Shown one piece after another: positions 51,501 to 64,000 of a DNA stretch of 64,000 nt. The position numbers were made by a program, and so were the translations under genes. Positions within the stretch are counted from its first letter, which is position 1, and each line of letters opens with the position of its first letter. Source of the DNA: Octopus sinensis (Eukaryota). The notes under the pieces were generated by a model. That model did not search any database. It saw only the letters and a list, made by a program, of their open reading frames with translations, and was not told where the DNA came from. The DNA lies in assembly GCF_006345805.1 (NCBI RefSeq), contig NC_042999.1, positions 165,354,001-165,418,000 of the forward strand, read 5' to 3'.

Positions 51501-52084
51501 TACCGATGTCTCCAAAAGAGTGAGTGACGTGGAGTTGAGTGACTACCAACGAACACTAAACCCCAAATCCAGGGTTTTTATAACTGCTCAACCTGACCAA
51601 AAAGAATCGAAATACAGGACAAACATTCTTTTCGAAACTTCTAGAATCTTTATATGAGCAGTTATATTAACCAATGGGAAAAAAACGAAAATGATATTTC
51701 TTCAGCAATACGACATTACGTCATATTGCCAATTCGCGCCACATTTCAAATTGGCTAAAATGTTATTGCTACACCACCTTTCATCCTTTCAGGGTGGATA
51801 AAATGAATACCAGTTGAGCGCTGGAGTCAATATAATCAACTTACCCCTCCACTGAAATTGCTGGCCTTGCACCAAAATTTGAAACCGATATTAAATGACT
51901 GCAAGAAGAGATGATGCATAATCAAATGCTAAACCAGAAGAAAATTTATAAAGTAGCATCTGAAAACTCAATCATTCAGTCCCCAGAATGAATCCATACC
52001 ACAGCACAGCCTTGAGTTCCCATTGAGCATTTCAACTCCTATACATATTTCAAGATTCACACTTTGTTTAATGCTCTAATCTTT

Positions 52085-52465
52085 TACTCATTTCATTCGT
52101 TACACTGCAGCTATGCTGGAGCACCACCTTGAAGTTTAGTCGAGTGAATGGACCCCAATAGTTACTTTTTTTAAGCCTTGTACTTATTCTATCAGTCTCT
52201 TTTGCTGAGCCAAGTTATGGGAACAAACACACTAACACCAGTTGTCAAGCAAGCAAGCAAGCAAGCGCGCACACGCACACACGCACGCACGCACGCACGC
52301 ACGCACGCGCGCGCGACAGGCTCCTTTCAGTTTCTGTCTACCAAATCTACTCAAGGTTTTGGTTGGCCAGAAGCTATAGAAGACACTTGCCCAAGGTGCC
52401 ATGCAATGGGGCTGAACCTGAAAACCATACGGTCAAAAAGTAAACTTCTTACCACACAGCCATGC
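52085..52465 (-). mobile_element. CORE-SINE in kelch intron 1
   Basis: Collinear with 10484-10884. Confidence 0.85.
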
Positions 52466-55147
52466 CAGTGCCTATGTTTAGTCACCTATTTATCACACCA
52501 CTAAGTTTAAAGGGACAGCATTTTTCAAATGGTGCTGACATGAAGACATGCATATGCACTCACTCACATGCAAAGAACAGGTTTCCACAGTTCCCATCAA
52601 CCAAATTCACTCACAAGGCATTGATCTGTCCAAGGTTATAGGAGACATTTGGTCAAGATGCCATGCAGAGGGACTGCACCAGGGACCATGAAGTGCAGGT
52701 ATAGACATATACCCACACCTATTTTAATGACTAAGGTTATCTCTACAGATTTTCTATAAAGATTATAGCCATCACTGATTTATGAAGTTTCCTTCCCAAA
52801 TACATCTAATGTAAATAAGTGTGATCTAAGATGAGAAAATAGGCAATGGGTGTCTCTGCATATTTCAGGAGTTCTTGCTCCTTCTATTAAGCACCACATC
52901 CAATCAACCATCCACACATTCATTGCTTAAATAGCTACTAAATATAGTGGTGTAAAGGGTAAAGACCTCTTCAGTCATGAATGACCATAGGATTGCATCT
53001 TGAAAGTTCCCTTTGAAGGAACAAGTCCAAGCAAGGTTTATAGAAGACCAGCAGTCACCCAAGTATACCAGCTTCCCCTGACATCGCAACTCATTTCTAC
53101 ATCTGAGTGAATTGCAATAACATGAAATAAAATGTCTTGTTCAAAAACACTATGCATAGCCCAGTCCAGGAATCGTGCTCAGCACCTCGTGATTTTGAGC
53201 CTAATGCTCTAACCACTGAGCCACGTGCCTTCACAGTGTTGTAGCACTATTGGATAAACCCATTCTACCTATTAAACACATTTCTGGCATATTAAAAAAT
53301 ACATACATTATAAAAGATGATTTAATAGTAACTGATATCAAGGTAGGATATAGTATTGACTTATAAAGCATTTAATATACTTTGTAGAATATTATGGTTG
53401 CATAATGAAATAGTGTCCCGACAAGTAGTTACTATTTTAATGACGCTAGTCTTGATTCTTGGAATTTTATAGATATCCTTTACGCCAGCATTTTGCAAAC
53501 ATGATGCCAAAGGACATTGAAATGTCACCTTTTGAATGTAGGGAAGCCATGGAATGGTCATGTTTATAACAGACAATAAATCGTCAGTTTTAAACAAACA
53601 AAATTCTATAAAATTTAGAACATTAGTAAATTTGAATTTGTACAATATTATGACATTGTTGTTCTAAGTTCAATTTATGGCAAAGTGTTTGATTATGTAC
53701 AAATGATATTAAGTTAAAATTTTAATGGAAAACTTTACAAAAGAAAATCAAAGGACCCAACCACTACAATCATTTCTGATTATATCATCATCATTTAATG
53801 TCGGTTGTCCATGCTGGCATGGGTTAGACTATTTGACCAGGGCTCGCAAGCTGAAGAGCTGCACCAGACTGATCTGGCAGGGTTTCTACAGCTGGATGCC
53901 CTTCCTAATGCCAACCACTCCGAGAGTGTAATGTGTGCTTTTACATGCCACCAGCACAGGTGCCAGTTGTGTGGCACCAGTATCTGCCACAACTACAATT
54001 TCCCTCGGTTTGACGTCTTAAGCACAGCATATTGTCAAAGTGTCTTGGTTATTTCTCATTGCCTCCGTGCCACATTTTTCTATGTGTCACTAGTATGGGT
54101 GCCAGTTAGGTGACACCAGCATCTCCCATTCCAAGTTGTGATTTAGTGTTCTGAAACTGTTGAAACTTGACTAAATATTTTTAAAATGTGGTATAGATAA
54201 CAGTATGACACGTCTGCCATTTAAAACCACTTTAACAAGGAGGCCCTAAGTGGCCACTTGGCCTGCTGAAAATAGCAACCAAATTTCCCTTAAATCACAT
54301 CCTAGCACATAGAATAACAGTATTAGATATACTGTCAAACAAAAACAAAATGAGCATAGCCAGTGTGCTTTTGGTTATAAGTGTGCCCATCCAGAACTCA
54401 CTTTGGAGCTAAACAATAACTTGATTTTACAATAGACAACTATCTATTGTAAACAGTGATGACATCTTCAGTAAACTATCTGTTAACAAAAAAAAACAAA
54501 AAACTCTTGAAAGTCTGTCACTGACAACATTGCACATTGCAAGCCAACAAAAGAGCATCTATGCAATCTCATCTTTCTAGAGAAAAAAAAAAGTAACTTC
54601 CTGCAAATCACAACCATTAAAGATACAAATACAATAAGCTTTGATAACTCAGAAAAATGGGATGGTCATAACTGGAATGCTTTTTGTCTGCTTAAACATC
54701 AATAACACTGCATTTTAAAATAGATATTTCCCAACCTTCTGAATTCAATAAATTAACTGGGACTTCAGTTACAATGACGAAGATCCAATTGATCCAATCA
54801 GCAAAAGCCTACTTGTGAAATTCACATGCAAGTGGCTGAGCACTCCACAGACATGCATACCCTTAGTGTAGTTCTCGGAGATTCAGTGTGACACAATGTG
54901 ACAAGGCTGGCCCTTTGAATTACAAGTACAACTTATTTTTGCCAGCAGAGAGGACTGGAGCAATGTGAAATAAAGTATCTTGCTCAAGGATACAGTGTGC
55001 CACTGGGTATCAAACTCATGACCTTACCATCATGAGCCAATTATCCTAACCACTAAGCCAGATGCCTTCACTCAAATTATAAGGGGTCCTAAAATTCAAT
55101 TTAATATCTAAACCATATATATTAGAAACAAAGGTATTATTAATACC

Positions 55148-55361
55148 GAGAGGTAATATTTACCCCCACTTAAACATAGATGGTCTATTAGTACAAACTT
55201 TACTGCAGTAGTTACAATGAAAGAAACTCATATTGGCTTTCATCTTAAATCGGCTTTGGCATTTTGCACAAAAAAAATGTGAGAGTTTCTCTCATGGTAA
55301 CCACTGCAGTAAAATTTTGTTCCAACAGAATATCCATGTTTAAGAGGGGATATTGCTTCTC
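55148..55361. mobile_element. Palindromic MITE (about 65-bp imperfect TIRs); related copy near 36695-36885
   Basis: gagaggtaat...ccacttaaacat...ttactgcagtagttac / gtaaccactgcagtaa...atgtttaagagggg...gcttctc. Confidence 0.75.
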
Positions 55362-55887
55362 AATATCTAAATCATGTCATAGCCCCAGCAAAGATTATAA
55401 AAATTGCTTTGTTTAAATTTCTCAGCTAATTAAACAGATAAAAAACAAAATAAAGATCAGACATTCTTAGAGTAAATTTACAAGAAATGTAGCAGAAAAC
55501 ACTTAAAAAACTCAACAATTTAATAAAATCAGTTAAATATAGCAAGAAACAATATATCTATAATGTATGTTTCTAAAAGAAAGCAAAACAATTGAATTGT
55601 GAGCTATGTTGAAGAGAACTGCACTGTGAGGAAGACAAAATTGTACTCATTTGTACTCCCCATGTACAACCAGACCAAAATCTAACAATTTAAATAGATT
55701 CTTGTCCTAGTTAGTTGTTAAACCAAAACTTAAAAAATACATTATACATACAGTAAGTATATGTATATAAATTCATTTAATGATTACACACTAACCCTTG
55801 ACCTTTATTTTCATTTCCTTTATAGCTACATATAACATATACAAGTGTTATGTTTGCAAATGGTTTTAGTCATATTTTCACATTTAA

Positions 55888-56100
55888 GATGGAGAGCTAG
55901 CAGAATTGTTAGCACACCAGACAAAATGCTTAGTGGCATTTTGTTTGTCTTTACATTCTGAGTTCAAATTCCACTGAGGTTGACTTTGCCTTTCATCCTT
56001 TCGGAGTCAAAATAAGTACCAGTTGAACAGTGGGGTCAATGAAATCAACAAGACCCCATCCCTCTAATTTCAGGACTTGTGCATATATAGAAAGGTTATT
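55888..56100 (+). mobile_element. Third SINE family (representative copy); others near 17975, 18560, 28000, 44190, 45660, 48400 and 50915
   Basis: gagctagcagaat head, ttctgagttcaaattcc B-box, conserved cctttcatcctttcgg...aagtaccagttg block. Confidence 0.8.
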
Positions 56101-57776
56101 TTTAGGTTTCTTCAAATTTAAAATCTCAGAAACAAAGAAACAGTAAACTCAAATCCCAGCAACAGAATTGCTTTCTAATTTGAGGAACAGGAATGTTGAG
56201 TGAAGGTGGTAGAGCACATTCAAGAAAAGGCCATCTATTATATAGAAGCCTATATCCTCTAACATTTCCAAACATCACGTCCTGTCTAGTTTCTCAACAG
56301 GATTGTTAAAGATAATGTATTAAGACAATCATATAAAATAAGAAATTTATGCATTTATCTGTGTACGTACATCCATATATACTGAGAGACATAACACTGT
56401 TGGAGAGAAAGCCAAAATTGAGATTCATATTTTTTTTTCCAATGTTGTAATATTTCTTCTAAAAGAAGTATCTAGCTACCTATCTATCACTGATTTTTAC
56501 CTTGAGCTCTCACCCAGTGCACAAGTAAACAAGACAATTCACAGACACTTTCCTCCATTCAATCATCCCAGGAAAATAGTTGAATGATTATTTAACTAGT
56601 CATTTTTATATCCATCAATCACTCAAAAACTAAATTCACTCTAAAGAGACTGTGTTTGACAGTAAAGTAAAGAGGATGTTAAAAAAAAAGTATTTTGATC
56701 TATAAAAGGTTTCTTTTATTTCGTTCGTTCATTCGTTCGTGTGTGTGTGTATATATATATATATATATTAAGTGGGAGATAATAAGAAAAACCAAATTGT
56801 ATAGAATTGGGAATAGACTATGTTGTGTACCCATGAATTCATGGAGATATATTATGGGCAAAAACTAAACTACTTAATGTACAGGATGAAAGAAAAATTA
56901 AATGTAAACACAAACTGAAGTGGCTAATTAATAAAATCTAACCTTCAAGCAAATAAACAAATTGTTAGAAATTACTATTAGATACTATTATTTAAATTTA
57001 ACTTACTATTTGAGTTGGGGAGCAATGGTTGGGTGCTGGTAGGAGGGTGGGTGAATATAAATGAAAGAAAGGAAGAATTCTTCCCATAATGAATTTATTT
57101 CCTGTCCCACTGTCAGTGATATGCTAATAACATAATAGTTTAAATGAAACAGTTGGTATGAGTATAAATATTTTCACAGACCATTGCACTGTAAATTCTA
57201 ACTAGCTGAATGTCTTAAGACAATAAAATGAATAAATTAAATAAGTAAATTTTAATGACTTTTTGATAAGATTATACTTAGATTTTCCTAATGTATTTTC
57301 TTTTGATTTTAGCATCTGACCCCTAAACCCCTGACTGTTATCTCTTTAGATTCTCTTTAAATTCATAGCTGATTTCAACAGCAATAAATTAGCTGTTTTA
57401 CTGGCCAAAGAATAATATTCTCCTCTAGTTCCTAGATGCCTGTAAATTAAAACCAGACTTGCCGTCTACTAATTCTTCTGTATAACTAGAACCCTCTTTT
57501 TATTTTTATTTTTTCCTTCTTTCCCTATTTCTTTCTCTTTTCTCTTTTTTCTGTTTCTTCTTCTTATTCTCTTTTTCCTTTTCTCTTCTCTTTTAGTCCC
57601 CTTCCCCCCCTTTTTTTGCTCCCTCCTCCTTTATTTTCTCTCTTTTCTTCTATTCCCTTCCCTTTCTATTCTTTGCCTCTCTAGAAAGCCCTTCAGCCTT
57701 TAAAAGTTAAATAGCTACAGCCTCTTGTAAATAGCAGTAATGTGATTAATGTGGCAAATACCTAATCATATAACTA

Positions 57777-58070
57777 GAATTGATACCTACCTCATTGTGT
57801 TCAACCATTGATAAATTTATCGCCTGTGAATATGAAATTCCTCTTCATTTCTCTGGAAACTTACATCTACACCATTGGAAATTGTGCATCTATACAAAGG
57901 ATTAATTCACCCTCTCTGTAATGCTAATAAGCAGGAATTGAGACCCACCTCGTTGTGATTAACAATGGATAAATTTGTCTTCTGTGAGTATGTAATCCCT
58001 CATCATATCTCTGGAAATTCATATGTGCTCTATGGATTAGGTCACCTTCTCTGTGATGCTATTAGAACTT
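57777..58070. repeat. Diverged tandem duplication, period about 158 bp
   Basis: gaattga.acc.acctc.ttgtg...gataaattt...ctctggaaa recurs at 57777 and 57935. Confidence 0.8.
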
Positions 58071-58448
58071 TTTTAAAATTCTGTGATAAGACTGTACATC
58101 ATCTTTAAAGAACTTTATTGAACTTTGGAAATCTGTTTATGTTACTTAATTATCTACATTACTTCATGAGTATAGCCTCAACTACTAGGATGTCTAGAGA
58201 ACTCACATGTATTTTAGCTGATGAGTACGGGACACGTTTATATGCTGTAATTTTTACAACTTTTAATAAAGCCTGTCCTTGTATGAAACGATTGTACTAA
58301 AAACCTATCCATTCTTGTTGCTTCTTTCTCGCTTATAATCACCCCACATTACTGTATTGTTAAAACAGTATAGTTTTTTTGGTGCATCTAAGTTAGGTAC
58401 CATATTCAAGTAAATTCATTTAAATTAACTTGAATCTTTATTGCTTTT

Positions 58449-58496
<48 letters not shown>

Positions 58497-58799
58497 TATA
58501 TAAATATATATATAAATATATATATTTCTCCATGAAGCAAAGTAATAGCTATTAACAATCATAAAACAACTGGTCATGCACTAGTAACTATAAACAATAA
58601 TAGACTAGTGAAAGACATGATTTACCTGTATGCATAGTAAAGTAGAAACTAACAATTTAATAAAATACATTCAGAAATTCAGTTGTCAAAAACAATTTCT
58701 TACACTGGCACAAGCTCAGGAATATTTAGGGAAGTAAGTTGGGGCAGAGACGATCAAATAAATTTACAGCATATTGCTAATAACTGTTTTTTTATAGAT

Positions 58800-60910
58800 T
58801 TAGTGGCATGAAAGCAGAGTTGACTGATGAAACTTGACATAAGAATGCTAAATGCTTTGTCATCCTTTCTGAACCTGTCACATGAGTACCAATCCACCTG
58901 CCAACTGATGGGCCAATTAGATGTTTCATGTAAATATTTACTACCCGATAGGCTGGTCCTGCAACTCCAGCTCTATCAACTTCGTCGTCATGTCCTGTTT
59001 TGTCAAATTTACAGTTGTCATGTCAACTTTGTCATCACGTCCTGTTTCGAATTTATGGTCATCGCACCAAGCTCCACCACCTCGCTAGTTCTTTCTTCCA
59101 GTTCAGACGACGACTCAGAGAGTGAATATTTTCCTAGTTCAGAATCAGATGATTCCATAGCAATGATGATATTCTAATGAATCAGGCGGGTAGCAGGGAA
59201 CGGCCCTGGGCAACAGAATATTATATGGTGAACAAGAAGCAATTTCATCTGACTGCATGGATTTACTGGTATGCCTGCCATAAAGGAAAACCTTGAACCT
59301 GTAAGTTCACCATTGGAAATCCTCCACAAGTTTTTGACGAACAAAATGTTCCAATATAAAGTGGATGAAATGAATGACTGCTGAAAACCATCCCCAGCAT
59401 GTCAGACCCAGCTATGGCGATGATCGATTTCCAAGCACAGGGGGGGGGGATCAAAGTTCTGTTTGCCTGCTGATACTGATGGGCAACGTGAAGAAACTAA
59501 CACTGGCATCATATTGGAATCTGAACCCAGCCACATTGACACCCTTCTTTCCAGAAACGATGCCACGTGATCAATAAATCTACATTTCAACTCAGGCGAG
59601 AACCAGAATGACAAGCTACACAAAATATGTCCTAGAGTTGGCAAAGTAGCAGAAAATTTCAGAACAGTGTATGTCCCCAACTCAGTACATTTGTACAGAC
59701 AAGAGTTTGTGGAAATTCAAGGGAAGGCACTGATTCAAACAATACAACCCAACCCAACAAGCCTGCATTGGAGTCAAGGTTTATAAAGTATGCCAGTCAG
59801 CTGGCAGAGCCTGTGGGTAGATGTGGAATTACAAAATCTACAGTGGTCAGGATAGATTGAATCTTCCAGCATCTACTCTAGCATCAATTGATGCCATGAT
59901 GTTGCTGAATGAAAACTTGTCTGACAACAGCTACAGGAAAAAACATGCAGTCTGATTTTCACAAGATAAAACTTTGAAAGGAGGAAACAGCATCCCGATG
60001 CACCGAGAGTAGCATTCTCGCTCTAGTGTGGTGCGACAAGAAAAATGTCTGCATGTTATCTGCAATGCATTCTACAAGCATGAAGGACACTAGGGAACAA
60101 GATGTGGATGGTAATGCCATAATGAAACCAAGTGTAGATGTTTCATACAATGAAGGGATGGGCAGGGTCAATCGCTCAGATCAGCTGGTGACAACACACA
60201 AATGGGGGAGGAAATTTGTGAAATGGTAAAAAAAAGTTTTCTTGTATATAGTTGATGTTTGTCATGAACTCACATCTGATTTGGCAGATGCTTGACGGTG
60301 TGGAAGATGGACTGACATTTAGGATAGAAACATCAGACCTGACAAAGTACAGAATGTGTGGACATCCCCACACCAGACTCTCTCCTCACTGCATGGTGAA
60401 GGGATGTGGACATTTTCCACGACTTTCCCCCCACCACCAAGAAGACAAATGCTTCAAAGAGATGTGCAAGCTACCATTGTTCACAGTATGATATACCATT
60501 GTGTGTGGTACCCTGTTTTGAACTACCAAACCAAAGTCAATTTTTGAATTCACGTGATTGTAGATACATGAAGTTGATCTTGCTTGTGCTGTTGAGTGAT
60601 CTCATTCAGGAACAACACTGCATGAGGGTCCTGCACAGGGATAGAGTCGAGATCAATAAACCACACTTGCACTAAAGCAGTTCACATAAATATACATTGA
60701 AAATTATCTCGCACTGAGTGCTGACCTCCATCAGCATGATTACCATTGCTGCGCACAGGCAACCGAATGAATCACTGCCGTAAACTGGTTAAAGCAGTTG
60801 ATGTCAATATACAAGGAATCGTTGCCCTGCACTGATTGCTTATCTCAGCTGAGATGATTACCATCAATGCAACCTAGTTGCTTGATGAAAAAAAATCCAT
60901 TGTCATGGGG
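58800..60910 (+). mobile_element. piggyBac (PGBD4-like) transposon relic
   Basis: Acidic N-terminus SSDDDSESE; GNVKK...YWN...TPFF...MPRD; KSLWKFKGR.*FKQYNP; WCDKKNVCMLS; KP...YNEGMGRVNRSDQ...RKFVKW; C-terminal LCVVPCF; right end GGG|TTAA at 60910/60911. Left end not found. Confidence 0.9.
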
Positions 60911-61279
60911 TTAAACAATCCTATCATTCACCTACAAAGTAGATCCAGCCTCTTACAATTGAAAAAAAAAAACAAAACAGATTGGATCGCAAATTGGATA
61001 AAATTTAATTCAGGTTGGAACACTCTACCCTTCCTAATATGTCAAGATTGCCAAACTCTTTAGACATAATTGAATAGTTATTTCCTAGATTTAAAAATAT
61101 CAAAGAGATATAGAAATATTTCTTAATATACAACAAATACAAAGAAATCTAAAATTATATGGACCATAATTTTCTTCAGGTGAAAATGAAATAACTTTTA
61201 ATCAAGAGAAACTGAGAGTGAATCTCTTATAATAAGTACATTTCACAATTTCAATGAAAGACTTCAATACTGAACTTAC

Positions 61280-62321
61280 CTGGTGTGCAAAGACCTTGAG
61301 GGAGTTTACATACATAACGAACATTACCAGTTTTAGGAAAGAGTATTTCCATCACACCATACTTCCTCTGTGGATCTTCTGCATACGGATTGGCAATTAT
61401 TACTATACCTCGTTTAAAGTCCATACCTCTGCGTGGCATCAGATTGAGCCCCAGTTCTAAATGACGGTTTTTGAGCATATAATACAGACGAACAGAGTGT
61501 AGAGTCTTTTGGACGTTTTCATAACTTAAAAGAGACAGATCAGAATCAATTTTATCACAGAAATAGTAGGAGTTGATATTGGCAAAGCGAACATGGTTCA
61601 AGATGACATCTAAAGAGCCTACTCGTTCATTTATGTTATGCTTAAGCCAAGCCATACATGCCTCATAAACCACTTCTTCCTGACTTATGCAAATGTTATC
61701 ATCACTAATAATTTCAACAACTTTGTCAGCAGGAAGATTCAAAAATTCATTTTCACGATAGAGACGAGAGAATTCCTGATTAATAATAGTTTTCGAAACA
61801 TTTGATAGCGCCATACATCCATGAGCAAGAGCAAAAAAGTAGACACCAATGCAGTTGCTAACATCCACATGGTTCTTCATAAATGAAGCACAACCTGTCT
61901 TTAATGACACCAGCTGAAATATATTTGCTGCCGATAGTAACTCCTGAACTGTATCTTTAGAAAGCATAACTGATCCAGTGTAAATGTAGTCCAATACCAA
62001 CTGAGCTGTTTGAGAATCAATTGATCGTAAAGTGATCTTTTCTTGATTCTTTTCAGCCATGTCATTGGTAAACATTGCCATAAAGTAAGGGCTTGAAATA
62101 GCAAGAACATTTTTATGGCAAGGAAATTCTTTACGTCCAGCACATAATATGACATCAGTGAATAGATTTTTTTCATACAATTTGGCAAAGCCTGTGAGCA
62201 TTGTCCGTGAACGTTCAGTTTCATCGCAGAATCTTTCAACAACTGGTGGTCCATCCTTCTCTGCCGATTCTGGACAAACTTCAGTTGCTGTCTCTACTTC
62301 ACTTTCAAAGAGCATCATAAA
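61280..62321 (-). CDS. Kelch-like gene coding exon 1 (BTB + BACK + linker); ATG 3 nt after the acceptor
   Basis: Acceptor ttttattttcag|TTT ATG ATG at 62321; BTB motifs FTDVILCAG, FPCHKNVLAISSPYFMAMF, LDYIYTG; BACK motifs SNCIG, EEVVYEACMAWLKH, LNHVRF; donor CCA G|gtaagt at 61280/61279. Confidence 0.95.
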
Positions 62322-62748
62322 CTGAAAATAAAATTTAAAAAATGTACTAAATTAGAATTTTTAAGCAAAATATTTCACAGTATATTCTGACCAAATCATT
62401 AAAAAAATTTTAAATAAAGCAAATTCACAAGAGCAATTTTATTTATGATTGCAAGAAATAAATTGGATTAGAATAACACACAGACATAAAATTGTTGAGA
62501 AACTATATTCATTTATAAATAAAACCAATAAAATGAGAAATCGCATACACCCAAATGCAGATGTCTAAATATTTTAAACACAGTACTCTATTTAGCTATA
62601 CTGTGAAAGAAAAAAAAAATAACTGCCAGAATTGAATTTATATTTACTGATATCTGTACAATATACTGCATTAAAAAGATAAACATAAACTGTTGCACCC
62701 TAGTTTACTAACAGCTAAAAGGAAACTAAGGGAAATGTGAATTTTTAT

Positions 62749-63043
62749 AAGAAAATGGAGATATAGCATTAATATAATTTATCCACAAAAATTCAACATA
62801 TTCTCTTCCAGCTGTTTCATCTAAGCCTAAAAGATTAAAATAGCAACAATTAAATCATTATATAAACACAACACCTAATAACCTAATGGTATTTCTTTTC
62901 TACCCCTCTGATGAGAATTTGCCTAATATAATGATTTAATTGTTGCTATTTTAATCTTTTAGGCTTAATTGAAACAGCTGTAAGAGAATATGTTGAATTT
63001 TTGCAGATAATAAATTATATTAATGCTATATCTCCATTTTCTT
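62749..63043. repeat. AT-rich fold-back, arms about 115 bp (62749-62862 / 62927-63043)
   Basis: aagaaaatggagatatagcattaat...caattaaatcattata is the reverse complement of the right arm, with few mismatches. Confidence 0.9.
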
Positions 63044-63719
63044 TTGAATATTTATAAACCAAGATTTATATTTAGACCTATTTTATAATTCACAAAAATA
63101 TTAGGTAATGAACCAGTAATTCATTAGGTATTACTATCCCTTAATGAGGCTATTTTAACCTCTACTTGTGTGTGTGGGGGGGGGGTAATCATTGTTTAAT
63201 ATCCAATTTTCATGCTGGTATGAACCGGATGGTTTGACCTGGAACTGCCCAGACTGCAATTATCTGTTGTGGCATGGTTTCTACAGCTGGACACCCTTCC
63301 TAATATGCCAACCACTTAAGTGTGCTGAGTGCTTCTTACATGCCACTGGCATGGGTGCCCTTATGTGACACCAACAATGACATGCAGGCACACAGCTACT
63401 GCTGGATCATATTCACATAATATTTATATAATATGTAAATGTGAAACACTCAGCAATTGACAGAAACAATTGTCATTTGAATTAAAGCCTCTTCATCCCA
63501 CTTGTATAACTATTTTTTGTATGAATTCTGTATACACTAACAGATTTCTACATATATATATCCAGTAAAAGGAGAATTCCTGCTGTATTATAGCATATGA
63601 TAGCCAACACCCACAGTGGAGCTTAGGAAAGCATGTTATAAGGTCATTACCCACATGTATATGTGGGTGTAGTCAAGTTTATTGGATCAATTTATATACT
63701 GAAGGGAAAAGAATATATA

Positions 63720-63892
63720 TACATATATACGACAGGCTTCTTTCAGTTTCCGTCTACCAAATCCACTCACAAGGCATTGGTCGGCCCAGGTCTAAAGCAG
63801 AAGACACTTGCCTAAGGTGCCACGCAGTGGGACCGAACCCGGAACCATGTGGTTGGTTAGCAAGCTACTTACCACACAGCCACTTCTGTGCC
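63720..63892 (-). mobile_element. CORE-SINE 5' half, largely CpG-intact
   Basis: ccgtctacc...ggtcggccc...ccacgcagtgggaccgaacccgg matches 10720-10884. Confidence 0.9.
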
Positions 63893-64000
63893 TATTGTTT
63901 ATTTGTAGAATGACATTGTAGGGTAGATGTAAGAGACCAGATTCTGACAGTGTGAACATAAGAGGGAGAATGAATGCTAAAGGATCAAGATATTAAACTG

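Larger units (their letters stand above)
26112..62321 (-). other. Host gene span: BTB/POZ-BACK-Kelch (KLHL/KBTBD family, probable CUL3 adaptor), 6 coding exons, 619 aa from the ATG at 62318; 5' exon(s) not located
   Basis: Six exons with canonical GT-AG junctions and matching phases (1,2,2,1,1): 1039+190+198+101+138+194 = 1860 nt ending in TAA. Translation gives BTB, BACK and five clear GG-type kelch repeats plus one degenerate blade. Orthology cannot be assigned by eye. Confidence 0.93.

Noticed and set aside
53361-53645. 94-aa intronic ORF as a nested gene or extra exon
   Set aside because: No homology recognised, and exons 1 and 2 already join in frame to give a continuous kelch blade.
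58218-58250. CTGATGA-GT-ACGGG-AC-ACGT hammerhead-like string
   Set aside because: GAA of the core is missing and stem I does not close in register; at most a decayed relic.
61251-61279. ORF-track C-terminus GKFSIEVFH of the 355-aa ORF
   Set aside because: Read-through into the intron past the gtaagt donor; the spliced frame continues into the kelch exons.

Overview
AT-rich metazoan genomic DNA, most likely a coleoid cephalopod (Octopus-like). That assignment is an inference from the tRNA/CORE-type SINE families and microsatellite load. The left ~17.4 kb is intergenic and CpG-retaining, packed with transposon remains: a 5'-truncated Penelope-like element (GIY-YIG tail plus a hammerhead ribozyme in its terminal repeat), an internally deleted Helitron, a second PLE-like terminus with a variant hammerhead, MITEs carrying telomere-like tracts, SINEs and a disrupted Ty3/gypsy (CsRn1-like, tRNA-Trp PBS) element. 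The right ~46 kb is CpG-depleted and holds one host gene on the minus strand, a BTB-BACK-Kelch (KLHL/KBTBD-type) protein. I assembled it by hand from six coding exons with consistent phases (62318-61280, 38783-38594, 34597-34400, 31102-31002, 28623-28486, 26305-26112; 1860 nt, 619 aa). Its introns contain mariner and piggyBac relics, an RTE LINE 3' end, a 46-bp satellite array of about 2 kb, several fold-backs and an inverted dimer of a tRNA-headed SINE ending in a hammerhead fold. The most notable signal is three structurally different minimal, dimer-type hammerhead folds in PLE-related elements, including a G3-C8 core-swap variant. Activity and novelty cannot be established from sequence alone.
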